Positions 61,946 to 64,000 of a DNA stretch of 64,000 nucleotides are shown here, piece by piece. The DNA comes from Chiloscyllium plagiosum (lineage: Eukaryota), in NCBI RefSeq assembly GCF_004010195.1, contig NC_057718.1:36192501-36256500 (forward strand). The letters are read 5' to 3'. The first letter of the stretch is position 1; every line of letters starts with the position of its first letter. The translations under genes were made by a program, and so were the position numbers. Below the pieces are notes generated by a model. That model made no database searches. It worked only from the letters and a program-made list of their open reading frames with translations, and was not told the DNA's origin.

Positions 61946-62664
61946 ACGTCCATTTGCTAGTGAGACAATTAGTTATTAACAAAAATGTGAAAGCATGCTA
62001 TTTTGACTTAACATGAAAGGCTTTTGGGTAAGTTACAATTGTGCAGTAAGGAAAACTTTAAATGAAATGCTTAGAAAATAGTTTGCAAAAGATTATCTTT
62101 TCTGAAGTAGGAAAACACTTGGTCTTAAAATCAAAGAAATCTCAGAAGCAATTCAACCGTTGCCTTAGTTCAATATTATGGCACTCTATCCTAATTCTAT
62201 TTCATTGGATCTTCTCCTGTACTCTTTAATGTTTTTCTTTTTCAAGTATTCATGTAATTCTCTTATAAATGTCATGATTGACTGTGCTGCAATAGCTACT
62301 TGTGAAAATGTATTTCATATTCTAATATATTTGCATTATGGTTCAGCAAAATCAAATTGTGGTTTTTAAACTCATAACTTCATGGAGATTGTTTGGTGCA
62401 CTGGGATAGAACTTACTCATTTCTACTCTACAATTTGGGTGCAAATCAGATGGACTGACATGATGGAAATTTCTCTATCTCAAGAGAAGCATCTCGCATG
62501 AAGTGAATTTGAAACAGTGTTAACTATTCCTTGTGGGCATCAGAATCGCAACAATAACCTCAATCTACAGAAACTTAGACAGAAAGCATTGCAATTGTAT
62601 TGGAGAAACATAGGACTGTTGCAGCAAGTAATTCTTTCTCAGCTTGGAGTTAAGGAACAGTAAA

Positions 62665-62975
62665 GGTAGTTAGTGCTGCTGCCTCACAGCACCAGGGACT
62701 CAGGTTCAATTCCAGCATCAGGCAACTGTCTGTGTGGAGTTTGCACATTCTCCCTGTGTCTATGTGCGTTTCCTCCCACAATCCAAAGATGTGCAGGTTA
62801 GGTGAATTGGCCATGCTAAATTGTCCATTGTGTTCAGGGACATGTAGGTTAGGTGCATCAGTCAGAAGAAAATATGGGGTAGGGGAATGGGCCTGGGTGG
62901 GTTACTCTTCGGAAGATTGGTGTGGACTTGTTGGGTCGAAAGGCCTGTTTCCAAACTGTCGGGATTCTAATTCTA
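62665..62975 (+). mobile_element. HE1-type SINE
   Basis: GCTGCTGCCTCACAGCACCAGGGAC head; GGCCTGTTTCC tail. Confidence 0.85.
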
Positions 62976-64000
62976 AAGAGACAAGATACAAAACAAAGTA
63001 GTTGGAGCAACTCAACAAGTCTGGCAGAATCTGTGGAGAAAGAACTTTTGAATGTTTCAAGTCTGACTTAACTCTTCTTCAAAAGAGGGACATACATTTG
63101 GTTGCATTGTACTTGACCTGAAAATGATAGATGCCACCAGTATGTACAATATAAAAAAATTCCCTTTCACCTCTCACCTGTTAAGTACATCACTCATTTC
63201 AAAATCATTTAAAGATGTATAACTACATAAAATCAAATTTCCAAATTTTCTTAGAAAATAGGAAAAACCACTTGTTTTTATTTTTAGTGAGGTTACAAAA
63301 GTTGTGAGAATTACAAAAATTGTGAGAATTGTCAAACAGATTTATCAAAATGGGATTCAACTTAGAAGCAGTGACCTGTATGTCTATTTCTCTAATTCTT
63401 CAGATGTGGACATTACTGGCTAGACCAGCATTTATTACCCATTCCTAACTATCCATAGGGTAGTTAAGAGTTAATTACATTGCTGTTGGTCTGGGGTCAC
63501 TTGTAGGTTAGGTAAGGATAGTAGATTAACTTCCCAAAAAGTCCTTTGTGAAACAAATGGGTTTTCAACAACAACTACTGTGTTTACTATTACACTGGCT
63601 TCTTATTCCAGATATTTATTAAATCCAAATTTCATCACCTACTATGGTGGGATTTGAATGCATTTGTTCAGAAACTTAGCTTGGCCTTCTATATTGCTAG
63701 TTCAGTGACATCACCAAAGGCAGCTCCAGCTATAACTGTACTGAGGCAAACTAAGCCAACATGAGACAAGGTAGAATATTAGCTACTGACTGACTGAGGT
63801 AAGGCACTGCCCTCAGGTGATATTTGAGAGCACTTTGAGCGGAGTTCCACATCCATCGCTCCTTTCATCATCATCAACTCTCATTGGACTGAGATGTGAA
63901 GAAATTTCTTCACCCAGCCAATGGTGAGCTTGTGGAACTCTCTGCTACTGAAAACAATTGAGGTCCAAAACATTGAATGTTTTCATGAAGGAGTTAGATA

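Overview
Repeat-dense, low-gene vertebrate DNA with several assembly gaps. The HE1-type SINEs, CR1 LINEs and Penelope families point to a cartilaginous fish, probably a shark (inference). No host gene can be named; only weak candidate micro-exons were seen. Main contents: (1) A near-complete but defective HERV-I/HERVIP-like endogenous retrovirus (16746-25081) with paired LTRs, TGTG target-site duplication (TSD), tRNA-Pro PBS, PPT and gag-pol-env. It sits inside a CR1 LINE and its env is itself hit by a SINE. (2) Many Penelope-like element (PLE) insertions, several being short fold-back (hairpin) elements with 11-17 bp TSDs and minimal hammerhead-ribozyme cores. These include a 183 bp element at 27279-27461, a ~430 bp-arm palindrome at 49311-50334, and a 4 kb PLE-bounded block (39118-43158) that appears to carry captured genomic cargo. 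(3) Layered CR1 LINEs, two ~190 bp solo LTRs, a Harbinger Myb/SANT relic, a 21-bp minisatellite with 63-bp higher-order period, and a tRNA-Arg pseudogene. Family assignments come from recalled motifs, not database searches, and counts were made by eye.
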